Virus record (IMG/VR): IMGVR_UViG_3300031650_000001
Source of the DNA: an uncultured virus (IMG/VR IMGVR_UViG_3300031650_000001)
Taxonomy: Duplodnaviria; Heunggongvirae; Uroviricota; Caudoviricetes
Reading direction: 5' to 3' (one strand)
DNA: 20,000 bases
Position numbers and translations under genes: made by a program. The notes below the pieces were generated by a model. That model saw nothing but the letters and a program-made list of their open reading frames with translations. It was not told where the DNA came from and did no database searches. Of the stretch, positions 1-8,549 are shown piece after piece. The first letter of the stretch is position 1; every line of letters begins with the position of its first letter.

Positions 1-25
1 GGGTGAAGCACACCGCAACGAACGC

Positions 26-340
26 ATGCGCACATTCGACTGGAACGAGGCTGCCCGGATTCTGCGGGAACGTAACCCCGCGGAAGCAGAAGCCGGGTTG
101 CAGTCGGATCTGGAGTGGACTTGCGGGACTATCTGGCGCGACGGACAGCCCGTTACCGACTCCTATACGTACTTGGCATCCACCTGGGCGACCCCGGTGC
201 TGGTGATCGATGATGAGGAAATCGAGTGCTGGTGCTGGGCCGATGAACGCGAATTCAATGCGGATACGAAATGGCCTGAATCGGCGCGGGCGATTCTGAG
301 TGAGGACCCGGGAGACAACAGAGAGGAGTGGGACCTGTGA
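26..340 (+). CDS. hypothetical phage protein (104 aa, acidic, Trp-rich)
   Basis: ORF whose stop overlaps the next start (GTGA 337-340). Confidence 0.75.
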   Translation: MRTFDWNEAARILRERNPAEAEAGLQSDLEWTCGTIWRDGQPVTDSYTYLASTWATPVLVIDDEEIECWCWADEREFNADTKWPESARAILSEDPGDNREEWDL

Positions 341-930
341 GTTGCACGACACTTTACGCGGTAATGCCTGACAACGACGGCGAGTTCACGGAGGCCGGCG
401 AGTACCGCAACAGCTACGGGAGCGCCGTGTTCATCTGGCACGCGCTGCTTGACACCTACAAGCGGGGCATACTCAACGGTCGTCCACTGATGGGAGATCC
501 CGGCGTCGGGTGGGATCCGTCAGCGGTTGACCGTTTTTCAGCGTATGACCTTCTGTGGAAATACGACAGCAAGGGTGGCGAATTGCAACCGTGGGAACGC
601 AACGCGCTCAAGTCCACATATGACAACGCGCTGCTGCCTCGCGCCGGCATGCTCACCATGGCAGACAGCCTGGAACGGTTCGCCGCGGCGCATCATACGG
701 GTAAGCGACTGCACGGCGTGTGTTCCCTGCGTGAACAGGCGGCGACACTGCGCGAGATTCACGCTAAGGGGGCATTGGCCGCGGCTTGGAATCAGACCAG
801 CTGCAGCGAGTTCTGGGGAGACGGAACTTACGAAGACGACGAAGACGAAACGTCCACACCATACAGCATCGACCGCGACGACAAGCACTGGGAGATCGCG
901 GTGTTGCCGTTGGACGGTGAGCAATCATGA
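337..930 (+). CDS. hypothetical phage protein (197 aa)
   Basis: GTG at 337 overlaps the upstream TGA; GGAG about 8 nt upstream; ATGA coupling to the next gene. Confidence 0.8.
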   Translation: MSCTTLYAVMPDNDGEFTEAGEYRNSYGSAVFIWHALLDTYKRGILNGRPLMGDPGVGWDPSAVDRFSAYDLLWKYDSKGGELQPWERNALKSTYDNALLPRAGMLTMADSLERFAAAHHTGKRLHGVCSLREQAATLREIHAKGALAAAWNQTSCSEFWGDGTYEDDEDETSTPYSIDRDDKHWEIAVLPLDGEQS

Positions 931-1181
931 CCACCATCGACTACGCGCCCAACGACGCGCATTCAATCGTACACCACGAGCCATATTGTGTAAGCCAGGT
1001 GCGTAACGGGCAGGGACAAACCGTCTCGGTTGTTGGTACCTGCGGCGGCGTCTGGCAGTGCTGCATGTGCGGCCGCCTCTTCGGCTACTGCCACGGCGCG
1101 CACCTGAGCGACGACACCGACGAGGAGAACGAGGCGTGTGACGATTGCTGGTCACTCATGAAAGCGACGGTGCCGGAATGA
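927..1181 (+). CDS. small Cys-rich putative Zn-binding protein (84 aa)
   Basis: CCMC and CDDC motifs; ATGA overlaps at both ends; GGTGAG upstream. Confidence 0.7.
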   Translation: MTTIDYAPNDAHSIVHHEPYCVSQVRNGQGQTVSVVGTCGGVWQCCMCGRLFGYCHGAHLSDDTDEENEACDDCWSLMKATVPE

Positions 1182-1492
1182 CCCGCCTCGGCACCTGGCT
1201 CGTTCGCGGCTCCCTCGGCGAGACGCCGGCCAGCGTGATGCGGCGAACGACTACCGGGCTTAGGTCAGTGGGTTCTGCTACCCGTGAGGATGCGGTATCG
1301 GCGCCCTTGGGTTCCGACACAGACGCGCCCACTGACCGGCCCGACCCTATCCCGCCGCAAGTCTACAACCCGGGACCACTCGACGACGCGCACCGGGAAT
1401 ACGCCGGAGCAGAACTCGACGCCCTCATCGGCGCATACAACCGGGGCCGGATGATCGCGGTCGCGGTGAGAGAGACCACAGGGAACAACTAG
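1178..1492 (+). CDS. hypothetical protein (104 aa)
   Basis: ATG at 1178 overlaps the upstream stop; ORF fills the gap in the operon. Confidence 0.55.
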   Translation: MTRLGTWLVRGSLGETPASVMRRTTTGLRSVGSATREDAVSAPLGSDTDAPTDRPDPIPPQVYNPGPLDDAHREYAGAELDALIGAYNRGRMIAVAVRETTGNN

Positions 1493-1500
1493 GAGGCACC

Positions 1501-1713
1501 ATGGGAAACGATTCCGCCCACAGTCTGGGCACCGTGCGAGTGAAGCGCGACACCGGCAAGGCTTTGCTGGTCGACTACGAAGACCTCGGTTTTGAGGGTT
1601 GGGTGCCTCACTCGGTCATCCACGACGACTCGGAAGTGTTCGACGCCGACCAGAACTCCGAGGGCGATCTCATCGTCAAGCAATGGTGGGCAGAGGCAAA
1701 CGACCTGCTTTAG
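1501..1713 (+). CDS. hypothetical acidic protein (70 aa)
   Basis: Strong RBS AGGAGG 1491-1496; WVPHSVI motif typical of small phage beta proteins. Confidence 0.8.
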   Translation: MGNDSAHSLGTVRVKRDTGKALLVDYEDLGFEGWVPHSVIHDDSEVFDADQNSEGDLIVKQWWAEANDLL

Positions 1714-1723
1714 GAGGCACCAC

Positions 1724-1948
1724 ATGGACAGCACATTGACCGAAGCCGCAAAGGCACTCGCGCGAATCCAGCGAATCGAGACCACGTACGCGAACCGTCT
1801 CACGAGACTGGACGCGGAGCGGGCCAAGAACATCACCGCGATCCTTGCCGGCGTCAGCAGCACCAAGGTACTCGACGTGATCCGCGTTGAGGACCCCCTG
1901 ATCGTCACCGAGTTCGGGCCGGTGAGCGATGACGGGGAGGAGTACTGA
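1724..1948 (+). CDS. hypothetical protein (74 aa)
   Basis: AGGAGG 1712-1717 before ATG 1724; TGATG overlap with the next gene. Confidence 0.8.
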   Translation: MDSTLTEAAKALARIQRIETTYANRLTRLDAERAKNITAILAGVSSTKVLDVIRVEDPLIVTEFGPVSDDGEEY

Positions 1949-2982
1949 TGGACCAGCCAGCAGTCAACGACGGACCGCGGAAAGCCGACCGTACCACCGA
2001 GGTCACTCACTTTCACGAAGCCGCCGAGTGGACGGGTCTCCGGATCACGGACTACGCTGCATGGTTGCACGCGCGCCGCGGCATTGTCACCGCGAGCCGG
2101 AGTGCTGCCCTGCTTGGCGAGTCACCCTTTGGTGATCCGCTCAGCGTCTACGCCGACATGGTGGCGCCGCAGCCCGTACCGGAACACGACGATCTAGCAC
2201 TCGATGACCCGCGCACATGGGGCAACGTTTTGGAGGAGCCGATCGCGCGCAAGGCCGCCGACTACTACCACTGGCAGATCATGATGGGTGGCGCCCTGCT
2301 CGTGTCCCGAAAGCATCCTCACCTCGGAGCGACCCTTGACGCGGAGATCTTGCCAGAGGGATCCGACGGTTGGCTCGTCTACGAAGGCAAGACGACAAAC
2401 GCTTGGCGCGCGCGGGATTGGGACGAAGCGAACGGTGTTCCGCCGACTCACATTCTGATCCAGGCGCAGCACCAACTCCTGGTGACTCAGGCTCCGGGCT
2501 GCGTGCTGTTCTGCCTCGCTGGCGGACAGAAACCGATCCGGGTCGACGTCGAGCCGGACGCGGAATTTCACGCGATGCTGATCGAAACCGTGGACGCATT
2601 CCTTGGCCGTGTCGTGGACTTAGACCCACCGCCCGCGACTGCGATCAGCGGTCCCGCTCTGAAGCAACTCCACCCGGAGGACGACGGCAGCACGGTCGCG
2701 CTCCCGGCCGATGCCGTCGAGTGGACCCGCGAACTCAACGCCATTGCTGAGCAGGTCAAGACACTCGACATGCGCGAGAAGGAACTCAAGAACCTACTGC
2801 GCCAGAGCATCGGGGACGCGCAGTATGGCGAGCTACCCGAAGAGGTTGCGGGCAAGGCGCGCTGGAAGTGGGGAACGACCCACGTTGCCGAGCGCACCCA
2901 ACACGTCAACGCCTACACCATGCGCGCGTTGCGTTTGGTCAAGGCGGCGAAGGAAACGAAACAACGGAGGCGCGGTGGATGA
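1948..2982 (+). CDS. YqaJ-like viral recombinase / lambda-exonuclease family 5'-3' exonuclease
   Basis: Motifs WLHARRGIVTAS, WGNVLEEPIA, GATLDA, YEGKT and IQAQHQL, followed by a C-terminal coiled coil. Confidence 0.9.
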   Translation: MDQPAVNDGPRKADRTTEVTHFHEAAEWTGLRITDYAAWLHARRGIVTASRSAALLGESPFGDPLSVYADMVAPQPVPEHDDLALDDPRTWGNVLEEPIARKAADYYHWQIMMGGALLVSRKHPHLGATLDAEILPEGSDGWLVYEGKTTNAWRARDWDEANGVPPTHILIQAQHQLLVTQAPGCVLFCLAGGQKPIRVDVEPDAEFHAMLIETVDAFLGRVVDLDPPPATAISGPALKQLHPEDDGSTVALPADAVEWTRELNAIAEQVKTLDMREKELKNLLRQSIGDAQYGELPEEVAGKARWKWGTTHVAERTQHVNAYTMRALRLVKAAKETKQRRRGG

Positions 2983-3161
2983 GCACACCGGCGTACGGAA
3001 TCAAACACTGGTGGCGCGCGGAACGGCGCGAAGGCGAAAGTCTGAAAGCATTCGCGCGCCGCTTTCTCCACCGACAACGACCCGGCTCCACTGAAATCAA
3101 AGGGACAGCGAACATCTGGCTAGCCCGCAAGGCAGCCCAAAAACGGAGGCACCGAGTATGA
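2979..3161 (+). CDS. small basic hypothetical protein (60 aa)
   Basis: ATGA overlaps at both ends; GGAGG upstream. Confidence 0.65.
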   Translation: MSTPAYGIKHWWRAERREGESLKAFARRFLHRQRPGSTEIKGTANIWLARKAAQKRRHRV

Positions 3162-4111
3162 CCCAAGCAGAAAACAACGCATCGATCGTGAAAGAGAACT
3201 TTGGCAGCACCGAACTGGAGGTGCGGCACGAGACCGCCGCCGGTGCGGTTGCCGCCCGTGCACGCGCCGAAGTCGAGGCCCGTTTCATCATGGCGATCAA
3301 GCGGCCGCGAAACATGGACGTGGTCCGCACCCGACTCCTGCATGAGTGCGAGCGCCCGGGGTTCGCGGAGGCTGCCCGGTATCACAAGCCGGTCGGCAAC
3401 GGAATCGAGGGCCCGTCGATCCGATTCGCGGAAGCCGCGATCCGGAACATGACCAACCTCGATGTCCAGTCACACACGACGTACGACGATCCGACCAAGC
3501 AGATCCTGTGCGTCACCGTGACCGACCTCGAATCCAACGCGACCTACTCGCAGGACGTCACGGTGCAGAAGACGGTCGAGCGCAACTCACTCGGGCGCGG
3601 GCAGAAGCCGCTCGGTCAGCGCACGAACTCGCGCGGTCAAACCGTCTACATCGTGCCAGCCACCGACGATGACATCCTGAACAAGACCAATGCGCTGATC
3701 TCCAAGGCGGTTCGCACGCTGGGGCTCCGACACCTTCCTGGTGACATCCTCGACGAGTGCATGGATCGGTGCATCGCCGTCACGAAGAAACGCGCCAAGG
3801 ACGACCCCGATCGGGAGCGCCTCAATCTGATCGATGCGTTCTTCGGAATCGGTGTCGAGCCTGACCAACTCGCGCGCTACATCGGCCACGACCCGAAGCA
3901 CCTGAACGAGTCGGAGCTACTGGAACTCCGCGCCGTCTACGCCACTGTGAAGCAGGGCGAGGCAACATGGGCGGAACTCCTGGAGCACAAGACCGGAACG
4001 CCAGTTGATGCCGCGGACAACGAGGCCGAAGCCAAGCGCCGCAGCGCAACGGCGGCCCTCGTCGAGAAGCAGAAGGCAAAGCAGGCGGAGAAGTCCAAGG
4101 GCAAGGACTGA
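3158..4111 (+). CDS. putative ssDNA-annealing recombinase (RecT-like) partnered with the exonuclease
   Basis: GGAGG RBS; follows the YqaJ gene; motifs ARAEVEARFIMAIKRPR and EGPSIRFAEAAIRNMTN recall, from memory, the Halo gp43-type phage annealases. Confidence 0.65.
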   Translation: MTQAENNASIVKENFGSTELEVRHETAAGAVAARARAEVEARFIMAIKRPRNMDVVRTRLLHECERPGFAEAARYHKPVGNGIEGPSIRFAEAAIRNMTNLDVQSHTTYDDPTKQILCVTVTDLESNATYSQDVTVQKTVERNSLGRGQKPLGQRTNSRGQTVYIVPATDDDILNKTNALISKAVRTLGLRHLPGDILDECMDRCIAVTKKRAKDDPDRERLNLIDAFFGIGVEPDQLARYIGHDPKHLNESELLELRAVYATVKQGEATWAELLEHKTGTPVDAADNEAEAKRRSATAALVEKQKAKQAEKSKGKD

Positions 4112-4140
4112 CCCATCCCCCCAACGTCGACCCGTTCGCC

Positions 4141-4229
4141 GCTGGGGGTCGGGGCCGTGCCTGGTGCCTCCACACCAAAATCTGTGCGCGGCTCCGACCC
4201 CTGCCGGTGAGCAGGTAAGGAGGCATCAA
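4141..4229 (+). promoter_or_regulatory. structured intergenic RNA with anti-SD sequence
   Basis: 17-bp stem 4144-4160/4186-4202 (3 G-U pairs); TGGTGCCTCC 4162-4171 is complementary to the RBS GGAGGCATCA 4219-4228. Confidence 0.6.
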
Positions 4230-4937
4230 ATGGAAACGTATTGGAATCTGAGTGAGAAGCAGCGATCCGAGTTGGATCACGACGGAGTGGAGCGCTACAT
4301 CGACGCCGAGTTGATGAGCAAGGGTTGCCTGCGAGTGGAGCCCCTGAAGTTGGAGGACGTGCCGCCGATTCCGGAGCACGAGACGCGGCGGTACTTTGCG
4401 ATCAAGGATGCATCGTACATGCGCAACGATCTGCTTTTCGATACGCTGGAGGCAGCGGAAGCCGTCATCGCTGCGCATCCGTCGCGGCTCTCGACTGAAT
4501 ACCTCGGTGGTAGCTATGGACGCGGCGAAGCGGTCGAATATGCAACCTCGCCAGGGGCGCTAAAGATCGAGACGATCGAGTTGCCGGACGCCGCCACGTT
4601 CTCGGTGATGAAGTCGCATTACGAGGCCAACGCAGCCACGATTCAAACCAACAAGGATCGCACCGACGAGTACAGCAAGGCACTCGCAACCCAGACCGAA
4701 GCCCTTGAAGGTCTCTGGGAAGATTGGCAGCAGTGTCGCGAGTTGGGTGCCAAACACACCAAGATCCGGGACACGTTCCGGCGTTACACCGAGATCGCCA
4801 ACGGTGACGAAGCGGTGGCGCGCAAGTTCCTGATTCAGGCCACCGACACCCTCGCGGTGGAGGCAGCCGAAGCCTGGTTCGGTGAGGAGTTCGGCCCGCA
4901 CTTTGAGGAATCGGACTCCGAGGAGCACGCATCATGA
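4230..4937 (+). CDS. hypothetical phage protein (235 aa)
   Basis: TAAGGAGG RBS before ATG 4230; ATGA overlap with the next gene. Confidence 0.85.
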   Translation: METYWNLSEKQRSELDHDGVERYIDAELMSKGCLRVEPLKLEDVPPIPEHETRRYFAIKDASYMRNDLLFDTLEAAEAVIAAHPSRLSTEYLGGSYGRGEAVEYATSPGALKIETIELPDAATFSVMKSHYEANAATIQTNKDRTDEYSKALATQTEALEGLWEDWQQCRELGAKHTKIRDTFRRYTEIANGDEAVARKFLIQATDTLAVEAAEAWFGEEFGPHFEESDSEEHAS

Positions 4938-6028
4938 GACCCGAGCAGCCGGAGGCGGGAACAACCGCCCGCATCTACACCGCGAGCAAGAGCAAGCACG
5001 GTGCGATGTGGAGACGGTACCGCGATGCCGGTGAGCCTATCATCAGTACATGGATCGATGAGTCGGAGCCTGGCCAAACAACGGACTGGGCCGACCTCTG
5101 GACGCGCGCCGTTCGGGAGGCGTCGACTTGCACAGCGTTGATTTGGCATCGCCGCGACGGTGAAATTCACAAGGGAGCATTCGTCGAGGTCGGTGCCGCA
5201 CTCGCCCATGGGAAGCCGGTTCTCTATGACGGCCCCAACGATCTGGCAGTGCTGAACCATCCTCTCGTGATTCAGTGTTCCGACTTGATCGCGGCTTTCA
5301 ACCTCGCGCGGGGCACCGTGGGCAACCCGAAGCCCGGGCAACCGGAGGCGGACGGGGAGGCGTGCCCCGAATGCTGCGGCAAGGGACTCCGCGGTTTTGG
5401 CCAACCCGGGATCGGCAAGTGCCCAGACTGCAACGGCACCGGCAAGCGCACCCCGAACGAGCCGAAGCTTGACGACATGACCGATGCTGAGTGTGATTCC
5501 GAACTGCGAGCAATTGGAGTGGATCCGGGGGAGGTCAAGGTTCGCGGTCGAGTGTTCGCAGACACGCTGAAAGAGAATGCACGGCTGCGCGCCGAGGTTG
5601 CAGCGAAGCCCGCGGACGAACGGCTGCGCGAGGCGGTGGAGCGCATGAACCAAGCATGTGTCAGTATGGCTGAGTGTGCGGCTTATGAGTACACCGGAGG
5701 CAGCGTTGAGGTGTTGCACCGTGTGTTGCCCGAGTACAAGCTCAGGGAATTGATAGAGGCATGGCAATTGCTCCGTGCTGCCCTCGCGGACACTCCGGAA
5801 CCCACACGAGACGAACGGCTGCGGGAGGCGGTGGGGAATTTGCTCTCTGTGCTCGACGAGAACCTACACCGCGGCGCCGGTCACGCGCACTGGGATTACA
5901 CTATGTCACATGGTGCCGGATGCGCGACGTGCCAAGCGCAGCGTGAAGGGAGAACAGCGATTGAGAAAGCTAGGCGGACTGTAGACGCTGCCCTCGCGGA
6001 CACGGGCGGGAAGGACGGTGGGAAGTGA
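4934..6028 (+). CDS. mosaic protein: nucleoside 2-deoxyribosyltransferase-like N-domain + CxxCxGxG zinc finger + repeated helical modules
   Basis: RIYTAS...STWID...GAFVEVGAALAHGKPV (NDT-like); CPECCGKG/CPDCNGTG; DERLREAV...AALADT twice. Confidence 0.7.
   Translation: MRPEQPEAGTTARIYTASKSKHGAMWRRYRDAGEPIISTWIDESEPGQTTDWADLWTRAVREASTCTALIWHRRDGEIHKGAFVEVGAALAHGKPVLYDGPNDLAVLNHPLVIQCSDLIAAFNLARGTVGNPKPGQPEADGEACPECCGKGLRGFGQPGIGKCPDCNGTGKRTPNEPKLDDMTDAECDSELRAIGVDPGEVKVRGRVFADTLKENARLRAEVAAKPADERLREAVERMNQACVSMAECAAYEYTGGSVEVLHRVLPEYKLRELIEAWQLLRAALADTPEPTRDERLREAVGNLLSVLDENLHRGAGHAHWDYTMSHGAGCATCQAQREGRTAIEKARRTVDAALADTGGKDGGK
5615..6003 (+). repeat. two tandem modules bounded by conserved 25-nt and 17-nt direct repeats
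   Basis: GACGAACGGCTGCGsGAGGCGGTGG at 5615-5639 and 5810-5834 (24/25 identical); GCTGCCCTCGCGGACAC at 5777-5793 and 5987-6003 (identical). Confidence 0.9.
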
Positions 6029-6276
6029 AGCACAAGGGACTGCATCAGTTCCGCTTTCGTGACAACCCGCGCGAGCGTAGGTTTGCGGATGAGTGGAATC
6101 GTCAGAACGAAGTATTCCGCACGCTTGATTACTTACTCGGTGACGGGCTCAACCCGGCGGAACCTTCGACACGCGATCGGCTGGTTGCTGCTACTGTGAT
6201 CCAGTGGCTAGGCAGTCCGGTCGGCGCTTGCTTCTTGCGAGATGTGTTGGCCGAGGGAAAAGATGGTGGGAAATGA
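6025..6276 (+). CDS. hypothetical phage protein (83 aa)
   Basis: GTGA overlap; contains VAATVIQWLGSPVG motif; coupled to the next gene. Confidence 0.8.
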   Translation: MKHKGLHQFRFRDNPRERRFADEWNRQNEVFRTLDYLLGDGLNPAEPSTRDRLVAATVIQWLGSPVGACFLRDVLAEGKDGGK

Positions 6277-6443
6277 AGCGGATTGATCCTGAGATTCTTG
6301 CCATGCGTGCGATTGCCAGAGTCCTGCGCCACCTTGACCGTGAAGCCCAGCGGCGCGTGGTGCGGTGGGTAGTCGCTCGATTCAACGGAGGTGGATTCAC
6401 CGATCCGGAAGCAACCCCAACCGAAGGGAACGACGACGCATGA
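6273..6443 (+). CDS. small helical hypothetical protein (56 aa)
   Basis: ATGA overlaps at both ends. Confidence 0.7.
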   Translation: MKRIDPEILAMRAIARVLRHLDREAQRRVVRWVVARFNGGGFTDPEATPTEGNDDA

Positions 6444-6625
6444 AAAAAACCGAAACGAAACGCCCGCGGCTAGAGCACTGCCCGTTCTGCGGCAAGGTGG
6501 AGCACCTGGAGATCACCCGCCCCGCGCTATCATTCGCGGTAGCCTGCTACTCGTGCGGCTGCGAGGGCCCGATCTCGAACACTGCCGCCGGCGCACGCAG
6601 GGCGTGGAATCGGAGGGCGAGATGA
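6440..6625 (+). CDS. Lar-family restriction alleviation protein (61 aa)
   Basis: Family signature LxxCPFCG...VACYSCGCEGP...ARRAWNRR. Confidence 0.85.
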   Translation: MKKTETKRPRLEHCPFCGKVEHLEITRPALSFAVACYSCGCEGPISNTAAGARRAWNRRAR

Positions 6626-6909
6626 CTGATTCCAAGGTGAGGCCGGCGGCAGAGGTTGCCGCGGACTTGGGACGCTCACGGAGACTCGACGTTGATTCCC
6701 ACGCCGTCAGTACCCTGCAACGCTGGTCAGATGCCGTCCGCGCAGAGGCCGACGCTGCGGGGTATCAGCGAGCGGTGAGGGACTGCACCGACTTGTGTGA
6801 TCAGATTGCATGCGGGTCCAAACTGAATACCGGAGAGCGACACATCGCCGGGCGCTGTGCTGAGTTGATTCGCGCCCGGTTCGGGGATGGGAGCAAGGGC
6901 GATGACTGA
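6622..6909 (+). CDS. hypothetical protein (95 aa)
   Basis: ATGA overlap; GGAGG upstream. Confidence 0.7.
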   Translation: MTDSKVRPAAEVAADLGRSRRLDVDSHAVSTLQRWSDAVRAEADAAGYQRAVRDCTDLCDQIACGSKLNTGERHIAGRCAELIRARFGDGSKGDD

Positions 6910-7120
6910 CCACCTGACGGACGCCGCGCTGGCCGAGGGGGAGGGGTTGCTGCGGAATCTGCACGCGGCGGAGTGTACGTTGAGCCTCGACGACGACCCG
7001 TGGGCAGTCGCGTGGCACGTGTGGCGCGAATGGATGACCGCATACTCACCCGCCCTCATCGCCGAAGTCCGCCGGCTGCGGGAGCGGGTCGCGGAGTTGG
7101 AAGACCGGAGGAAACCGTGA
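6902..7120 (+). CDS. Ead/Ea22-like small protein (72 aa)
   Basis: C-terminal PALIAEVRRLRERVAELE coiled coil typical of such phage early proteins. Confidence 0.6.
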   Translation: MTDHLTDAALAEGEGLLRNLHAAECTLSLDDDPWAVAWHVWREWMTAYSPALIAEVRRLRERVAELEDRRKP

Positions 7121-7353
7121 CGTTTTCAGACCAGTTGCACGCTATCGTCGCACGCCGTCTCCGAAACTTGATGCGTCATCAGGAGCGGTACGTCTCCGCA
7201 TGGATCGCCGCCACCGGGGTCCACCCCTGTGACGCCGTACTTTGCCACCGGACCGAGATGCGCGGAACCACAATGGTGGACACGTTTTGGGTGGAAAGGT
7301 TGGAGACACAAACGCAAAAACCCCGCCAGTCCGAAGACCAGCGGGGTCGTTGA
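7117..7353 (+). CDS. hypothetical protein (78 aa), last gene of the left operon
   Basis: GGAGG RBS and GTGA overlap; 3' end overlaps the terminator hairpin. Confidence 0.6.
   Translation: MTFSDQLHAIVARRLRNLMRHQERYVSAWIAATGVHPCDAVLCHRTEMRGTTMVDTFWVERLETQTQKPRQSEDQRGR
7311..7347 (-). terminator. intrinsic terminator of the late (-) operon
   Basis: Minus strand reads CCCCGCTGGTC-TTCG-GACTGGCGGGG-TTTTTGCGTT (stem, C-UUCG-G loop, U tract), about 30 nt after the stop at 7375. Confidence 0.9.
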
Positions 7354-7374
7354 TGCGGGGCAATGTGAGGGCGG

Positions 7375-7839
7375 CTAGCGATTGTGCATCGGAGCCGCTT
7401 GCGCCGGCGGTGACTCAGCCGCCATCGTGATCGCGTACGTTGCCGCAGCCGTTCCGATCATGGCGCCGAGGACGATCCCGATCGTGCGCGCCGTCGTCGA
7501 ATCGAGCCAGCGATGCCGGCGCGATCGTGGTGCCAGCGAGTGTCCGTCGGAGTCATTGCGCAGGGCCCGCTTCATGGCATCGATCCGTTGCTGCTCGGTG
7601 ATCGCCTCGCGCCGTTGCGTGTTGTCCGGGTCGTGGTTGATTGTGCACCGGGTTTCGAGGACCCCAAGCCGCTCCTTGACGCCCTTGTATCCGGGCCCGC
7701 CGTTGATCTCCAGCCGGATTTCCTTGGCTACTTTGTGCGCCGCGGCGGCAGCGTTGGCGGCATCCTGGGCGGCCTTGAGCGTTGGAGCAACGGCGGACTC
7801 GATCAATCCCGTGAACTCTTGGCGATCGGCTGGGTTCAT
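7375..7839 (-). CDS. lysis-region membrane protein (154 aa; helical body, single C-terminal TM)
   Basis: ATG overlaps the GH25 stop; hydrophobic IGIVLGAMIGTAAATYAITMAA. Confidence 0.7.
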   Translation of the reverse strand: MNPADRQEFTGLIESAVAPTLKAAQDAANAAAAAHKVAKEIRLEINGGPGYKGVKERLGVLETRCTINHDPDNTQRREAITEQQRIDAMKRALRNDSDGHSLAPRSRRHRWLDSTTARTIGIVLGAMIGTAAATYAITMAAESPPAQAAPMHNR

Positions 7840-8549
7840 TGCTGGGGGTTCCTGACGGATGTGTCGATGGTGAGAGCGGTGATGTCTTCGATGCGTTCCA
7901 CTTCCCCCCGCGTTAGCCCCAACGGTCCCGGCTCCGGAACGAGGACTAGACTGTCGGCTAGATCCTGATCGATCGGCGCCCCATGCGTACCCGGGAGCGG
8001 ACCCACCTTGTTCTGCCAGATCAGGGCGTCGTTGTCGCCTGGCGTCGCCGGCTCCTTCACTCCCCAATGCGGCGTCCAAAGATGCGTGTCGAGTACCCAC
8101 TGCGGGCGGCCAAGTCGGACCCAATCGTACCGGGTGCAGTATGTCTGCGCCGCTCCGTAGTACTCCGTCAGCAGCGCGGAGAACTCCTGCGCGAGTGGAG
8201 ACCATAGCGGCGTCGGATCGCGTTGCCCTTCCGGTGCCCCCGGGTCGTGCTCAATGTCACAACTTGGGATGATGTCGCCCGGCTCGTAGCCCACCGCGTC
8301 GTCCGCCGCGGCGAATGCGTCGAACTGATCGGCAACGGATTGGTGGGCACGAAAGAAGTGATATCCGCCGACGCTCCAAGCTTCGCGGCGCGCATGCCTG
8401 ATGTGCTCGGCTGCGGCATGGTCGAAGGCGACCCCGTTCGTTAGCCGCACGATGATGAAGGTGACACCGGCTTCACTGAGCGCGGCATAGTCGAGGCCGC
8501 GGTTCCATTTGGATGCATCGATCCCAAGGCGTGCGGATGGCGCGGTCAC
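7836..8549 (-). CDS. endolysin, glycoside hydrolase family 25 muramidase
   Basis: GIDASKWN, GGYHFFR, DIE catalytic motif, LIWQ...IDQD. Confidence 0.92.
   Translation of the reverse strand: MTAPSARLGIDASKWNRGLDYAALSEAGVTFIIVRLTNGVAFDHAAAEHIRHARREAWSVGGYHFFRAHQSVADQFDAFAAADDAVGYEPGDIIPSCDIEHDPGAPEGQRDPTPLWSPLAQEFSALLTEYYGAAQTYCTRYDWVRLGRPQWVLDTHLWTPHWGVKEPATPGDNDALIWQNKVGPLPGTHGAPIDQDLADSLVLVPEPGPLGLTRGEVERIEDITALTIDTSVRNPQQ

Noticed and set aside
4005..4229. N-terminal extension of the 4005-4937 ORF
   Set aside because: Overlaps the annealase gene and the structured intergenic region; the strong RBS is at ATG 4230
4835..5767. 310-aa minus-strand ORF and similar long antisense ORFs
   Set aside because: Shadow ORFs expected in GC-rich DNA, opposite well-supported genes
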